Under the pieces are notes generated by a model, which saw only the letters and a program-made list of their open reading frames with translations, was not told the DNA's origin and did no database searches. 64,000 bases of DNA from Lingula anatina (taxonomy: Eukaryota; Animalia; Brachiopoda). The position numbers were made by a program, and so were the translations under genes. The DNA is taken from assembly GCA_051362555.1 (NCBI GenBank), contig CM120641.1, positions 31,626,401 to 31,690,400 on the forward strand, in the 5' to 3' direction. Of the stretch, positions 49,401 through 60,362 are shown in pieces (positions within the stretch are counted from its first letter, which is position 1; the number at the start of each line of letters is the position of its first letter).

Positions 49401-52251
49401 ATTTTTCTGCATCTTAGCAATTATTTAAACTGCTTTTTTAAAAATGATGGTAATCTTTTATCTTGTATTGTGTAATAAAGTGCCAAAAAAAAAAATAAAG
49501 GCATACCATTGCAGATTCAATCCCTCACTGTTCTTAATCTCAGAATGGTGCAAATAAGACATTTAAAATTGTTCTGTTGACATTTTTCCCATCTTCACAA
49601 TCTTTTAGATAATCATTTTAAAATGAAAGTAATTTGGTATTTGTGTATTATGTAATAAGTGTTGAAAGTGAAAATAACACATTTCAGTACTTGTGTACAT
49701 ATTGGCATTTTTAAGGTGAATTATCCATGGGCCTGAAGACCTTTGCCAGTCACAGTTTCTAAATATCTATGTTACTTGCAATGCATAATTTAAAATTGAA
49801 ATTGATTATTAGCTGTTAAACATTATGCATCATTGCATCAAAATTGATTAAAATGGTTAGTGTACTGCCACTGCAAATGCTCTGAAAAGAAACTGCATTA
49901 GTTATTATTTTGTAACTTATAAAAAAATGATTAACATACTGTGCAAATTGGCAAACCAGCTTGATAAGATTATTCTTCTTTCTAGTTGTCTGTACATTTT
50001 ACAGCTTTGCTGCCTTGTTTCTTATGAGGATTTTAATTGCATAGTTAATATGTGAATCAAATGATAAATGTATAAAATATTGCAAATTGTAGGCCTTGGC
50101 AAATTCTTCAACTGGGAAATCTATAATGCCCTGTGAGGAGTTCATTATCACAGCTGCAGATGCTTTCTTACTCAAGGTTGGTCTTCAAAATTTAACCTCA
50201 CAAATGGTCCCACCATCAAAATATCAGATCATTATAATCAGTCCTGTCGTACGTCATAATATCCTCCTTGCTGATAAACATGCACAACATACATGTATTT
50301 TTAAAGAGCAAGTTTGGTCAAACAAAGACTTTGGCTCATATGATAGATAGTTTAACACTTTATTTAGCCAATCCTTTGTTATAAAAATGCATGATAACAC
50401 TTCAACAACGAGGTTGCATTTTAACGAGGGTAAAGAGAAACCCATGAAGTCTGTTTCTTGGAGGATTGAAGATTGGAGGATCCCACAATGCAATTCACCA
50501 TGATAAAATGTACGTGTTAATTGGCAATTTTTTTGAGGGGGAATAGGCCCATAAAACAAATATTGAACCTTGGGCTCCATGTAGTCTGTATAGCGACTAC
50601 AGGTTACGTCACACATCTTTGCATTCTGGGAATGAAGTCAAAACTGCAACTAACAGGTGCAATGAAGTTCCGGTAATTTTATTGCTTTATATTTGATTTA
50701 AACAAACATGTATCACAATATCATTATTTAGCAATTGTCAATGGTTCGAAGTGTTTATATAGTTGGTATGTGTAACAAACTCAAAAATGCTTGACCAAAC
50801 TTACTCTTTAAAATGTTATCCAGAACCCTGTAGATGCACCCTTCAAGAAAATTATGAAACTTATTTTCAAAATTGAACAGGTGTTGTAGAAAGACTGTGA
50901 TGCACATAGCAGCAATATTATATAAAGAATTGATAAACCAAATTTCAATTCAAATTGTTGTATAAATAGTAATATAGAATTCTTCAAATTTGGTGCAAAC
51001 CATAACGCTGACGCTTTCTAGATCTTGATGAAAACGAAGGCGCATTATGACATCATTCAGTTGTATTTGGAAAACTGCTGGGTGATTTTCCAGTGAGAAA
51101 TAATTAGTAGCTAACTCAAATGTTTTAACATGTTTAAAATGTTTTATTAAAATAAAATAAGCATACAGACTGTAGAAGCTACAGTGCATAATTAGACAAA
51201 AATTGTACATTCCTGGCCTTGAATTATCAGGGTTAACTTAAATAAAGTGTTCCATAGGTCTACCCCAAACTTATATATGGTAAACAAGCATGTAAATGCT
51301 GTTTGAATCTTTTATCAGATGTTTAATTTTACTTGAGAATGCAGCGTGTTTGTACTAGGCATGCCGGGAAAACAACAACAACAAAAAAACATACTTCTGG
51401 TTTTCCATAATATCTTGAAAGTCACGATTTCTTGAAGGGTGAATCTATGGGTGCCAACTTAATATGGGGACCATACTTCAAAAGCAGTGCTGCTAATTCC
51501 ATGATGGTCTCCCCACCTCCACATGTGCCATTGCTGCAGGGGCCGAGCAATTAAACCTTGGAGCCGAGATTTAATCCATTTAATGGCACTTGTGGAGGCG
51601 GGGAGACCATCAGGAATCAACAGCATCGCTTTTGATGTGGGGTCGGCCATATTTAGTCAGCAGGTCAGTTAGTACTCGAATCATCTATTCTGAATGGCCC
51701 CTATGACACTAATAACATGTCACTTTTAGTTCAGCATGTTGATATTATAGATAAATTTGTAATAAACTGAAAGTAAGACCCCATTCCCATGAACACCATT
51801 GGTCTGCATTTAGAGTGAGAGTCCCAGCAAAGTTGGGCTGATCCTTAGAGACCATTCCCATAGATATAAGATCTCCTGGGGAGTCTCACTAGATTGCTGT
51901 TAACCTGACCGGCTTAAATGTCTGTCCCATCTACTAAAAGCTGTAAGGGGGTACGTTGTTAACTTTTGTTAATTGGGCTCTGGGAAGCTGACAGCAATTT
52001 AGCATGAACCCCCAGGGAGTTAGGTCGATCCAGATGGATCGATCTAAATCTGTGGGAACCCAGTCTTAAAGACAGATGTTGTCTATGGGGAATGTAGCCT
52101 AGGGGTGTTATGTAGCAACCAATCTCATACATATACCATTGGTACTTTCATATCAGTTTTACATATAATCCCTGTTGTTTTTAATAATTAAATATAATTT
52201 TCATGCCTTACCATGACACTTTCTTTTTCCCAGGTTAAGGGATTCAAGTAA
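20463..52251 (+). CDS. TPGS1: Tubulin polyglutamylase complex subunit 1, 9 coding exons, 774 nt, 257 aa
   Basis: join(20463-20538,20728-20818,34117-34247,37445-37508,42179-42294,43891-44026,44270-44327,50093-50176,52234-52251); all introns GT-AG and phases consistent. The protein follows the remembered TPGS1 blocks: KVLENRPANPVVYIAEYFENL, HHSRPAFENNV..AYESL, GVNGLVFTELLQVICRD, LACRDWEVV..VFRSAIFTCFVL, ADKVLCDAVL, DAGYSLAPDRLYMAL, EEFIITAADAFLLKVK. Confidence 0.93.
20728..20818 (+). CDS. TPGS1: TPGS1 exon 2 (ERTSVNNIIKDMLAKVLENRPANPVVYIAEY), RIIa/Dpy-30-like docking motif
   Basis: Acceptor TTCACAG, donor GTAAGT; phases 1 and 2. Confidence 0.92.
22066..23515 (+). pseudogene. hAT transposase (ZNF862-like), N-terminal part with one spliceosomal intron
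   Basis: RVFNETWKSKWAWL..MFCTLC..LERH zinc finger, LCDESCDI, GSDSAS|VMTGKHYGV across the phase-0 intron 22833-23167, HCIAHQLAL and VRWFS. Frameshifted. Confidence 0.9.
23514..23890 (-). pseudogene. hAT transposase C-terminal dimerisation domain, inverted relative to the N-terminal part
   Basis: FPNLCKLAGIALALPVHTADVERGFSAQNIIKSSLRNRL. Confidence 0.9.
23990..26185 (+). mobile_element. HINE family A, full length
   Basis: 5' T-run plus palindrome ATGTACAGACACA-GA-TGTGTCTGTACAT, (GTC/GCC)n microsatellite, internal tandem array, then 3' subTIR TGTCTGTACAT, hairpin CAGC-TTT-GCTG and CTTGTTT. No TSD. Confidence 0.85.
24085..24890 (+). repeat. ~161-bp tandem array, 5 near-identical units, inside HINE-A
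   Basis: Units start GATAACA(C/T)GATAAGTGGAAAACC at about 24087, 24248, 24409, 24570 and 24731. Confidence 0.92.
29860..32435 (+). mobile_element. HINE family A, 5'-truncated, carrying an old hAT5-like MITE (about 32113-32281)
   Basis: 161-bp units at 29860-30240; 3' end TTTGACAGCTTTGCTGCCTTGTTT; inverted paralog of 13980-17365. Confidence 0.8.
34117..34247 (+). CDS. TPGS1: TPGS1 exon 3 (FENLDEKSNKVTQAHRQLLLTHHSRPAFENNVRQAYESLGVHR)
   Basis: Acceptor TTTTCAG, donor GTAGGG; phases 2 and 1. Confidence 0.92.
34748..37335 (+). mobile_element. HINE family A copy with a nested family B element
   Basis: 5' GTACAGACACAGGTGTGTTTGTACAT and 3' TGTCTGTACATTTGACAGCTTTGCTGCCTTGT. Confidence 0.75.
35450..36795 (+). 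mobile_element. HINE family B with a ~146-bp satellite array (about 7.5 units)
   Basis: Units rich in TGACCTT recur at about 35490, 35636, 35782, 35929, 36076, 36222, 36368 and 36513. 3' end GAGGCGGTATTGCCTC..CTAGTT. A shorter copy lies at about 41650-41998. Confidence 0.8.
37445..37508 (+). CDS. TPGS1: TPGS1 exon 4 (ANRSTLGVNGLVFTELLQVICR)
   Basis: Acceptor GACTAG, donor AG|GTATAA; phases 1 and 2; fits the conserved GLxG..Y.ELL..ICRD block. Confidence 0.88.
38455..40201 (-). pseudogene. DIRS/Ngaro RT-RNase H (frameshifted)
   Basis: VPKPDGEIRVIHDLS, KVDLKSAYR, RLPFG, YLDDFF, LAGKLSWA; RNase H HTDAS, HINVKEL, HTDNT, HVPGEQNIVADTISR. Confidence 0.92.
40087..41069 (-). pseudogene. DIRS/Ngaro gag-like ORF1 (frameshifted)
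   Basis: SAM-like N-terminus (LRENGFESM..LSLGQLLLLQGAI), WKSVLKYDQEYRK..FQWG, and a C-terminal CDRFN..C..CKYSQVC..C..H zinc finger. Confidence 0.8.
42179..42294 (+). CDS. TPGS1: TPGS1 exon 5 (DFPEAVKEKVMKKLACRDWEVVTHDVFRSAIFTCFVLK)
   Basis: Long polypyrimidine tract plus CAG; donor GTGAGT; phases 2 and 1. Confidence 0.93.
43417..43448 (+). repeat. (TA)n microsatellite
   Basis: About 16 units. Other simple repeats: (TA)n at about 15331-15352, poly-A at 43184-43216, (TTTA)n at about 19795-19845. Confidence 0.9.
43485..43699. mobile_element. PIF/Harbinger-like MITE
   Basis: TTA|GACTGGGTTCCCACAGAT ... ATCTGTGGGAATGCAGTC|TTA. Related copies at about 33660-33815 and 51775-52066 in the opposite orientation. 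Confidence 0.75.
43891..44026 (+). CDS. TPGS1: TPGS1 exon 6 (DFLQEAESLYWSIDLKHNGEADKVLCDAVLHQILIAVSSSESDPK)
   Basis: Acceptor ATTTCAG, donor GTAAGA; phases 1 and 2. Confidence 0.92.
44270..44327 (+). CDS. TPGS1: TPGS1 exon 7 (CVMDAGYSLAPDRLYMALNK)
   Basis: Acceptor TTGTTAG, donor AG|GTAATA; phases 2 and 0. Confidence 0.92.
45897..47735 (+). mobile_element. HINE family A, full length
   Basis: Same termini as 23990-26185, with an expanded (GAT/GCC)n microsatellite and fewer young 161-bp units. Confidence 0.85.
48943..50020 (+). mobile_element. HINE family A, older diverged copy
   Basis: ATGTACAGACACAGATGTGTCTGTGCAT ... TGTCTGTACATTTTACAGCTTTGCTGCCTTGTTT. Confidence 0.8.
50093..50176 (+). CDS. 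TPGS1: TPGS1 exon 8 (ALANSSTGKSIMPCEEFIITAADAFLLK)
   Basis: Acceptor TTGTAG, donor AG|GTTGGT; phase 0 on both sides; matches the conserved M..EEF...AA..F..KVK. Confidence 0.88.
52234..52251 (+). CDS. TPGS1: TPGS1 terminal coding exon 9 (VKGFK-stop)
   Basis: Strong acceptor TTTCTTTTTCCCAG; completes the conserved KVK; AATAAA signals at about 52551-52560. Confidence 0.8.
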   Translation, partial: VKGFK

Positions 52252-53520
52252 ACGTAAAAGTATGAGTTGATCCATAGGAAAATTGATCATTTGGAGAGGA
52301 GAGTTGAAGAGCTTAGGAGATGTCCTGGAAGATGGGGCACAAATCAGTTATCTTATTTCGAAAACATTTATAATACACAGTTCATACAGAAAAATACTTG
52401 TTAAATTCAGGGACTTTCAAGGACTTTCAGGACTCAAATTCAAGCACTTTTCAAGGACATTTTGGTCATCAGGAAAGGCAACTGCTATTAATCCATACAA
52501 CAAACATTTTATAGTTGTACATAATTTATGAAAACAATTTATTTTACAAAAATAAATAAATAAGAGAGTAAAATGGAAAAGATGTATATAAAAAAATTTA
52601 AGGGGGGGGGGGGGAGAGGTAAAAATAATCTGTAATGATCACTCTCTGACAATCTTCTGTGAACAATGTCCCTTTAATAAATATCAAAATTGGTTTCTCA
52701 TCTTCCTTGGACCGTGAACTATCTCCCCCTGACTATCTTCTGCAAATGAAGTCCCTTGAATAAATATGAAAATTGGTTTCTCGTCTCGCTAGGACCACAA
52801 ACCATCTCCCGCCGAAGATATGAAAATTGCCTTATTGTCTGTCAACCAATTATGAAAAGCTACTTTGAGAGTGGTGGTAATAAATTATGAGAATTACGTA
52901 AGCACAGGAACAAAAAATCCTGCCTCAATATGAGAACCAGACAACTATGGAGTTTTTAGCCTCCAAATTCTACAAAATGTCAATTATTAGTATGTTTATA
53001 AATAAGCCTCACATAAGAACTTATTATATTGTATATTTTATTTTTATTTCAATTGAAGATTCCAATTTATAATAAACAAGAATGTTTGATGCATGTATGT
53101 CAAGCTATGATCTTCATTTAAAAATTGTATCGTAGTGTTAGGTACCATTGCCTCAAGAAAAATTAGAACTGGCGCTCTAAATACGGAAACAGAATTAAAA
53201 ATTTTTATTGGCCATTTTCGTCCACACATAAAAACATCCTCACAGCATTACCTGTAATCAATCTTCCTATGATTTTCAATGCAGTTTGCAATATCATTTT
53301 CAATCTCCCAAATGGAGCATATTATTTATCAAGGTGGAGAGGGGCAGAAATTCCCCTTGAGGCCATACATAACACTAAAAATTCAGTGGGAATCCCCTAA
53401 TAATGAAGGCAAAATAAATGCTATTCTAGAGAAAGTCTAACGGCTTTACCTTTTAATACAACTGAAGGCAGTAAATGTTATTCTAAGGAAAGTCTGGTGG
53501 CTTTACCTTTTAATACATAC

Positions 53521-53768
53521 TGTTGAAGTTAAAAGTAAATAAAACTTGCGCTGGTTCAATTTTTTTTTTTTTTTACGGTTTTACATTACATTCAAACCAC
53601 GTGTGACCAACAAACATGTCACAACTTCACCCCACATGGAGTCCACACTCTCTCCAACATGGAAAAACTACTCACTTCTTCCTTTTTGGCCACTTAAGGG
53701 ACCCACTGCTTAGTCACCTCTAACACAATTTAACACAATTGATCACAACCATACAACAATATTTGACA
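53521..53768 (-). mobile_element. 3' LTR of the BEL/Pao element
   Basis: Minus strand: polypurine tract AAGGTGGGGAGAA, then TGTCAA...TCAACA. Confidence 0.7.
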
Positions 53769-54039
53769 TTCTCCCCACCTTGAAATATATTACATATATT
53801 TCAATGAATAATACAATAATAATAAATCTTACTTTATTACTAGCAATACAATACAGTTAATAGTGTGCCAATTATCAAGTCCATGTCCAGTCCTTTGTCT
53901 CAATTCCAGTTCATGATAATAATATTCACAGTTCATAAGTCCAGTTTCTGTCTCAGTTGTGTTGTTGGGAGAAAGCGCATGATCAATGTCAAATTGTTGC
54001 TTTCCTGTAGAAATGTTAACCCCTTCATCATCTAACTCG

Positions 54040-55905
54040 GGTTCTACTGGCAAAGATTCTAAACCTACCCCACTACTAATTTCAAGGTCATGTAACTTTT
54101 GTATTGGTCTGGTAATTAACCCTTTACTAGTTTTGACCTCAACTGACCTGACTAGACCATCTCCATACCTGGAAAACCCTTTGCACTACTCGCAACGGCC
54201 ATAATAAACGTGGAGAATTTTGGTCTCTCACTGAAACTACTGATCCAATGTTTAACCCTTTCCCACCTGAAACACTACTTTGACAAGATGGAAGGTTACG
54301 AATGTATTCTGATGACCATTTTTCCCAAAATTTGTTCAACAATTGTTTTCTATGATCATACATGGCAACCAAGTCTACATTGTTCATATCAGGAATTTCT
54401 TCCAAATCATTCAAAGGACCACTGGTTAACAGTCTTCCTACAAGAAAATGTGAAGGGGTTAAAGAAACCCGGTCCTCTACATCGTCTGCAACAAAGGTAA
54501 GTGGCCTGGAATTGATACAGGCTTCTATCTCAAACAGGGTGATTTCTAATTCACTTTTAGTCAAAGACCATCTTTTTCAAAGATGATTTCACAGATCCAA
54601 TCAAACGCTCCCACCATCCTCCCCAGCAAGGGGCCAAAGGAACAATGAATTGCCACTTAGGACTATTTGAACCAAAATACTGCAATACAAGCTTCTTTGC
54701 TGCAACAAATCCACGTGCATTATCTGAAATAATGACTGAGGGCATACCACGGCGGGCAACAAAATGCCGAATTGCATTCAAAGTTTCCTCTGCTGAAAGA
54801 GAACTTACAAGCTCTAAATGCACAGCCCGTGTAACAGCACAGGTGATCAGCAATATATAAAACTTGTTGCTGCCAGTATCACAACAAAAGAGTGGACCAC
54901 CATGGTCCAAACCTGAAACAGACAAAGGTAGCGCATTGTTCACTCTCATACTAGGAAGTGGGGGTACCGGCTGACTGCTAGCTGCAGTATCTAGCTTCAT
55001 TCACATGCAATGTCTATTTTCTAAATTCTATTTTCTATTCGCGGTATCTTATGATCATGGTCTGTACCCTGAATATCCCGCGGCGTAATTACTGGCAGCG
55101 CGAGCCAGTTACTTAAAGTAACTTATAGTAACTGGCTCGCGCTGCCAGTAATTACGCCGCGGGATATTCAGGGCACAGACCGTGATCATTAAGACATACC
55201 GCGCATAGAAAATAGAATTTAGAAAATAGACATTGCATGTGAACGAAGCCTAACCGTTGACATGTGATGCATTCTCGTTTCACACGTTTACACATGCGCC
55301 TTGCACCAATAATCCAATATTCATCTCTCATTCTGACCAATAAAGAGTTCACACCTGCATGCCTCATATGACAGATGAGAAAACTGTAATCTGCCTTTAA
55401 CCCTCAATAAACCATCACCATCAATGAAAGGTGACAGTTTAAATAAAGGGGATTTCTTTGACACAGACTGTTTTTCAAGAACACAGGCTATTTCTTCACT
55501 GAAATTCTCTCTCTGCACAACAGATATCAGGCGCACTTTAGCTTCCTGAAGCTCCCTAAGGGTCAAATCACCAGTACAACAAGCTTCATTAATGGCTTTC
55601 AAGTTGCCTATAAATCTCAAAACCCATCCCACAATCCGGAGGGTCTTTGTAAATGTATTCCATCTTTCAAACTGAAAACCAGCATTAGAAAGGGTTTCAA
55701 ACTTTAGTAAAACTGGATTTGATTTCATTTCAGAAATACCCCCCCCCCCCCCCTTCTTCTACATTTGTGTCAGACACTGTTCCCTGGCTAGTAATCATCA
55801 GTGTATTTTCACGGAGGAAAACTGGTCCATGTAACCAGGTTTCAGATACACAAAGTTCTGGGCCTGAGACACCTCTGCTAACCAAATCTGCTGGATTTTG
55901 GGGAC
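54040..55905 (-). pseudogene. BEL/Pao retrotransposon pol fragment (RNase H end, integrase, DUF5641-like region)
   Basis: NPADLVSRG..WLHGP, GLLRVKGRL, HAGV..YWI..CITCQR, GLDHGGP, TRAVHLELV, SDNARGF, WGGWWERL, INSRPLT, LTPSHFL. Frameshifted and split by a MITE. Confidence 0.92.
54994..55250. mobile_element. 257-bp near-perfect fold-back MITE inserted in the BEL integrase
   Basis: ~120-bp inverted arms; TA (or TAA) duplication. Removing it restores the frame CQRL|DTAASSQP. Confidence 0.88.
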
Positions 55906-56462
55906 GTTCACATGGAAAGTCTATTTTCTAAAAATCTATTTTCTAGAGAAGGGGGGCAGTGGAAATTAGCTGGGGGCAAGTGAAATTTGTCTGCAGTAAG
56001 CCTGACTGGACATTTCACCTGAATAGTGTCAAGCCCTGCAGCAGTGTAATAATCACAAATACTTAATGTCTAAATTCATTAATAGATATGCCAACTAATT
56101 TTAGTAATGTTATATAGTTGCTTGCTAGATTTTATGTAAATATAGATATATGTAAGACGGGTTTCTCTCACCTTAGATCACCGCTTAATTATTTTCAGCT
56201 TAAAAAAGAATGCAAATATTTCGAAAAATAAAAAATTCTTTTCAGAGCTATGGCTTTTTTTTTCACAATAAAAATGGGAATTGTAAACCTTTTCTATGCA
56301 GTGCTATTATTCAGCACAGTACAATTATTAATTTTTAAAGATTTTTTTTTATTCAGTGCAATTTTTCAGACAGAACAATTGATAATTGTGGAAGATTTTT
56401 CCACACTAGGCCCTACAATTATTTAGAACTTCAGAGTAATAGCATCCAGCCTTTTTTTAGTA

Positions 56463-57550
56463 GGGGAGACCGGGGCTAGTTGGACCCCGGGGTAAGTTGG
56501 CCCCCCGTCAATTTATGAAAAAGTAACTACGATGTAAAAAAATTGGCCACATACTCTTGTAAAATGACCGTAGCCTATAATGCTAAGGAAGTGTCGGACA
56601 TTAAAAAGTTTTACTTAAGCGGTGAGTCGAAATAAACTTTTTTTGCACCTAAAAGTAATTTTGTTTAAGAGATTTAAAAATCTATTTTCACATGCTTTTG
56701 ATCGAATATAAGATATGTATAGGGCATCAAACTGAAGCTCATTGTTTCAAGTTTCACGGAGATGTATCATCGTTGCTCATTCTAGCACCATAAATGGCTA
56801 ACATCCTTTAAAATAAATCATGTGCACCCGGGGCTAGTTGGCCCCCTTGACTCGGGGCTAGTTGGACCCTCACATTACCCACAATCCTTTGCGCGCAACG
56901 CTGTTTGAAATAAACAAGTTGGTGAAATTGACAAAGTTTGCCGGTGTCTATTACCGTCTGATTGATTTTATTTAATTTGCTCTCTGGTGTCTTTTTGAAA
57001 ATTTATATTAGAAATGTTCTGTTGATTGTATGTATTAAAAAGCAAAACTTTCTTTAGAAAAACATTTATTTTGCCTTAATTCATTGTAAGGGGATTCAAT
57101 TTGTATTTACAGTGTTATATGTGGCCCCAAGGGGATTTTCCACCCCTCCCTAGCTAGAGACCATTGTTGAAACAAACTCAGTGGTTTAAAACTGAATTTG
57201 TTACTTTCTTTTCATACGAAAGTTATTAGTCGTTTTCATTCGTTAAAAACCTGCTTTATACCATTATTAATTTATTCTTAATTAAAACAAAACAAATTTT
57301 ATTGATAGATATTTTGGTTCTTGCAACACATACCCCCCCCCCCCCCCAACATGACGTACGGAAACCTAAAAAAATTCTGCCTCATTTGAACTATTTATTC
57401 ATCGAAGACTCTCAAAAATCAATTTAATAAATTAAAAATGTATAAAAATTTATTTCAAGGCGTTTGCATGGGATATATACTTCATTTTCGTATAGGGGGG
57501 ACCAACTTGGCCAAAAGTGTCAAACGGGGCCAACTAGCCCCGGTCTCTCC
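56463..57550. mobile_element. TA-flanked TIR element, copy 2 (reverse of 18055-19758)
   Basis: Same TIRs. Lacks the RecQ element but has its own ~250-bp insert at about 56900-57150. Confidence 0.85.
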
Positions 57551-57959
57551 TATTTTTAATAATCATATAAAAATATTGAAATATAATGAATTTTCACTTA
57601 ATAATTCACGGCACACATTTTTTAAAAATGGCCCACTTTTTTTCACCAAGTGGGCCAAATTGTCCCAACCAGATTTTGACCCAGGAAGATCCCTGCACAC
57701 ACCACATTATGTCGAAATGATACAAATAAAATGCTTACAATATATGTTACTAAATATATGTCTGCTACTTTATAAATGACAGCAAGTAGGAACTTAACAG
57801 AACTAAACCAAAATAAAATTTAAATGAAGAAAGATATAAACACTCATTTTTGTTCATTTTTTTGTATGGTAAAATTCGGGCAAGTGAGTTTCCAGTTCGG
57901 GCAAGTAGATTTTGCCAGTCACTTGCCCAAGTGCCTGAAAAAGTTATTGTAGAGCCCTG

Positions 57960-58115
57960 CTCCCGATGCAGACTGTCACGAGCCCACTCCAGTCTCATGG
58001 ACTGTGGTAACCTTGATATCACGAAGGGCGTGAGGATAACTCCATATTGTCGTCCATGAATTCCTAAATTTTCCAAGCTCCTCACATGTGCTGTTAGGTC
58101 ATTGTAGAATTTCCA
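57960..58115 (-). pseudogene. BEL/Pao gag (DUF1759-like) fragment
   Basis: VRSLENLGIHGRQYGVILTPFVISRLPQSMRLEWAR; cut at 57959 by a hAT-like end (CAGGGCTCTAC on the minus strand). Confidence 0.8.
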
Positions 58116-58790
58116 GTACTAACCTTTTTCATCTTTTGCGGAAATACGAAGTGCGCATGACAGGAACCGCGCGCCACAGGGGTCATGGTGGTCCTCTGCT
58201 GTTTCCAGCATGGCAATGCTAGGTGTAGATGATGTAGGCCTACAAGGTGCGCATATAAAAAGGTCGTTTGAAGCGTGCACTGCTTTCTGTCAAACTAAAA
58301 AGGTGGCTGAAGCACAGAAATGCGTAAACTGTAGGCAAGAAAACAGCTATTTGGGCGGAGAATCAAGCAATTAAATGTTTTTTTCTCAGTTAAAATACGA
58401 TGTCCTGTACAACTAGACTTCACCTAAGCGTCCGAGCCTTGCCTGCACTTTAAATAGAGATGACGAACTAAAGCTTCAGAGTTCTTTTAAATGCTTCCGA
58501 TAAGAAAGATATGAGAAAGAGACTCGTTATTTTTTTTATATATTAAATCAAAATAGCCAGTAGACTCGTACACAGCTTTCAAGAGTGTGGACAGGTGCGT
58601 AGGCCTACGTCTTCACAATATTACATGTATATATGCAAGCTGTAGCGATATCACCTCATTTACCGGCAGTATCAATTCGTCACGATTTTTATGTCTTGTT
58701 TGAAGGATGTCTTAAGAGATTTTTGAAATGATAAAATGAAAAGATTCTCTGCATTGTTTGACTCGTACCTACTGTGTATACAAGTAAAAC

Positions 58791-58949
58791 CAGGGCCGTA
58801 GCCTCCGGGGGGGCAGGGGGGGCAGCTGCCCCCCCTGGGATTTAGCATTTTCCACACTGGTAGGGGGACACCCCCTCCCCCTTCGGGGGCTTTGCCCCCT
58901 TGTGTCCGCTTACTGCCCCCCCTGGCATTTTGCTCAGGCTACGGCCCTG
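58791..58949. mobile_element. MITE with 5-bp TSD (hAT5-like)
   Basis: TIR CAGGGCCGTAGCCT/AGGCTACGGCCCTG; TSD AAAAC. Confidence 0.85.
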
Positions 58950-59904
58950 AAAACTGACACGCAGATTGTTCGTCGGTGAACTGATTAAATCGTTTGGTAC
59001 CTGATAAGGCATCAGGTGTTACTTGTTCAATTGTTCAGTAAGGGTGGCGGCCTCAACTACGACCTTTCCTCTGTAATTAAAACCTTCTAATTAATAAGTG
59101 TTAAATAGGTGAGACAGGAATTCTCGACTCTTTCCCAGACGATAATTAAAGTTTACCGTGTTTTACTCTAGTATATGTACAAAATTTACGACAGGTAAAA
59201 AATGTCAGACTTTCAGTCTGACAAGTATGAAAATTTTGTCAAACTGAAACAAAACCGTCAGGCAAAAACAAAATTATAGCAATAGGCCAAATTATTTGAT
59301 TTTTAAATGTTTTAATGCGTATTTTCATCAAAGACAATAAAGTGTTTTCCACACATTTCATACTTTTCAACTATCTAAGACAGTTAAATATAGTAGGCCT
59401 ACTTTAATACTAAGCATATTTGTATTACTTTACAAATACGTTGTTAGATTATTTTTATTATCCATTTTGTCTTTACCATACATGTATTATGCACGTGTAG
59501 CTTACAGAAAGGCTTTTCTACATTTTTTTTGTAATTAACAATATATGCCTATTGAATTTTCCAATTCTCTTGTCATTGAGTTCAGAAATAAATAACTTTT
59601 TATTTTGCCGATAACGCGTTCAACTAGAGCCGATGTACTTTCTTCTTCGTATGTCTCTGTTGATCTTGATAATATGAGCCCCATTTGTACAAATCAGTAA
59701 TACGTATACGGGACTGGATACATAATAATAAAAATATTATGAACGTCTCACGTTAAAAAAAAAATAGAACCCACCCTACTAAGGGTTATGAGAGACTAAA
59801 ACCTGTGATAGGCCTACTACATTTAAAATGATCACTTATCAATAAAACACACACAAAAAGGATATTACATACAAAACTTTTCAAACCTTCTCTTTGTTGT
59901 TACA

Positions 59905-60362
59905 CAAAAAGTCGTGAAAGTTCTTGAATTTTTTGTAAGTAGAATCCCCGTGTAAAACTTCACAGCTTTTACTTTCTTTTTCCATAATCTCATGCTTAAA
60001 GTCTTTTCTTTCTTTTTAGGCCCCTATTCGTCAGCTCTTTCTTCAGATCTTTATAATGTTTTTTTTTCTCGCATTGTTTACCCCCGAGTTCTATTTGCCG
60101 ATAGTTCGTTATATCCGTTGATTAACTAAGCATTTCTGTTTTTTATTAAAGCACCGTTGATCTCCTAATATTATAGTTTTTCTTCCCGCCTTCGAAATGT
60201 TCAGCGCAAACGCAGTGCCCTGCTTTTGATCCAAACCTGCTATATTTTCCTTTCTTTCTACCGTATTTTTCATTCTAACGGGTTTATTGGGAACTTATTA
60301 AACCTCACGTGTCGCTTACTGTTATTGTAGCAGCGGGACAAAAAGCACGTAAACTCAGCCAT
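59905..60362 (-). pseudogene. THAP domain plus N-terminus of an ISL2EU/Harbinger-type transposase, degraded
   Basis: MAEFTCFLSRCYNNSKRHVRFNKFP ... GHCVCAEHFEGGKKT (C2CH THAP signature), with VKFYTG downstream. Confidence 0.7.

Noticed and set aside
50096-50350. 84-aa ORF as a stand-alone gene or read-through last exon
   Set aside because: Only the first part is TPGS1 exon 8; splicing at 50176 to 52234 restores the conserved KVK terminus.
52377-52950. hAT-like MITE remnant with TTCAAGGAC motifs and ~80-bp internal repeats
   Set aside because: Probably real, but TIR pair and TSD could not be defined, so it is not listed as a feature.
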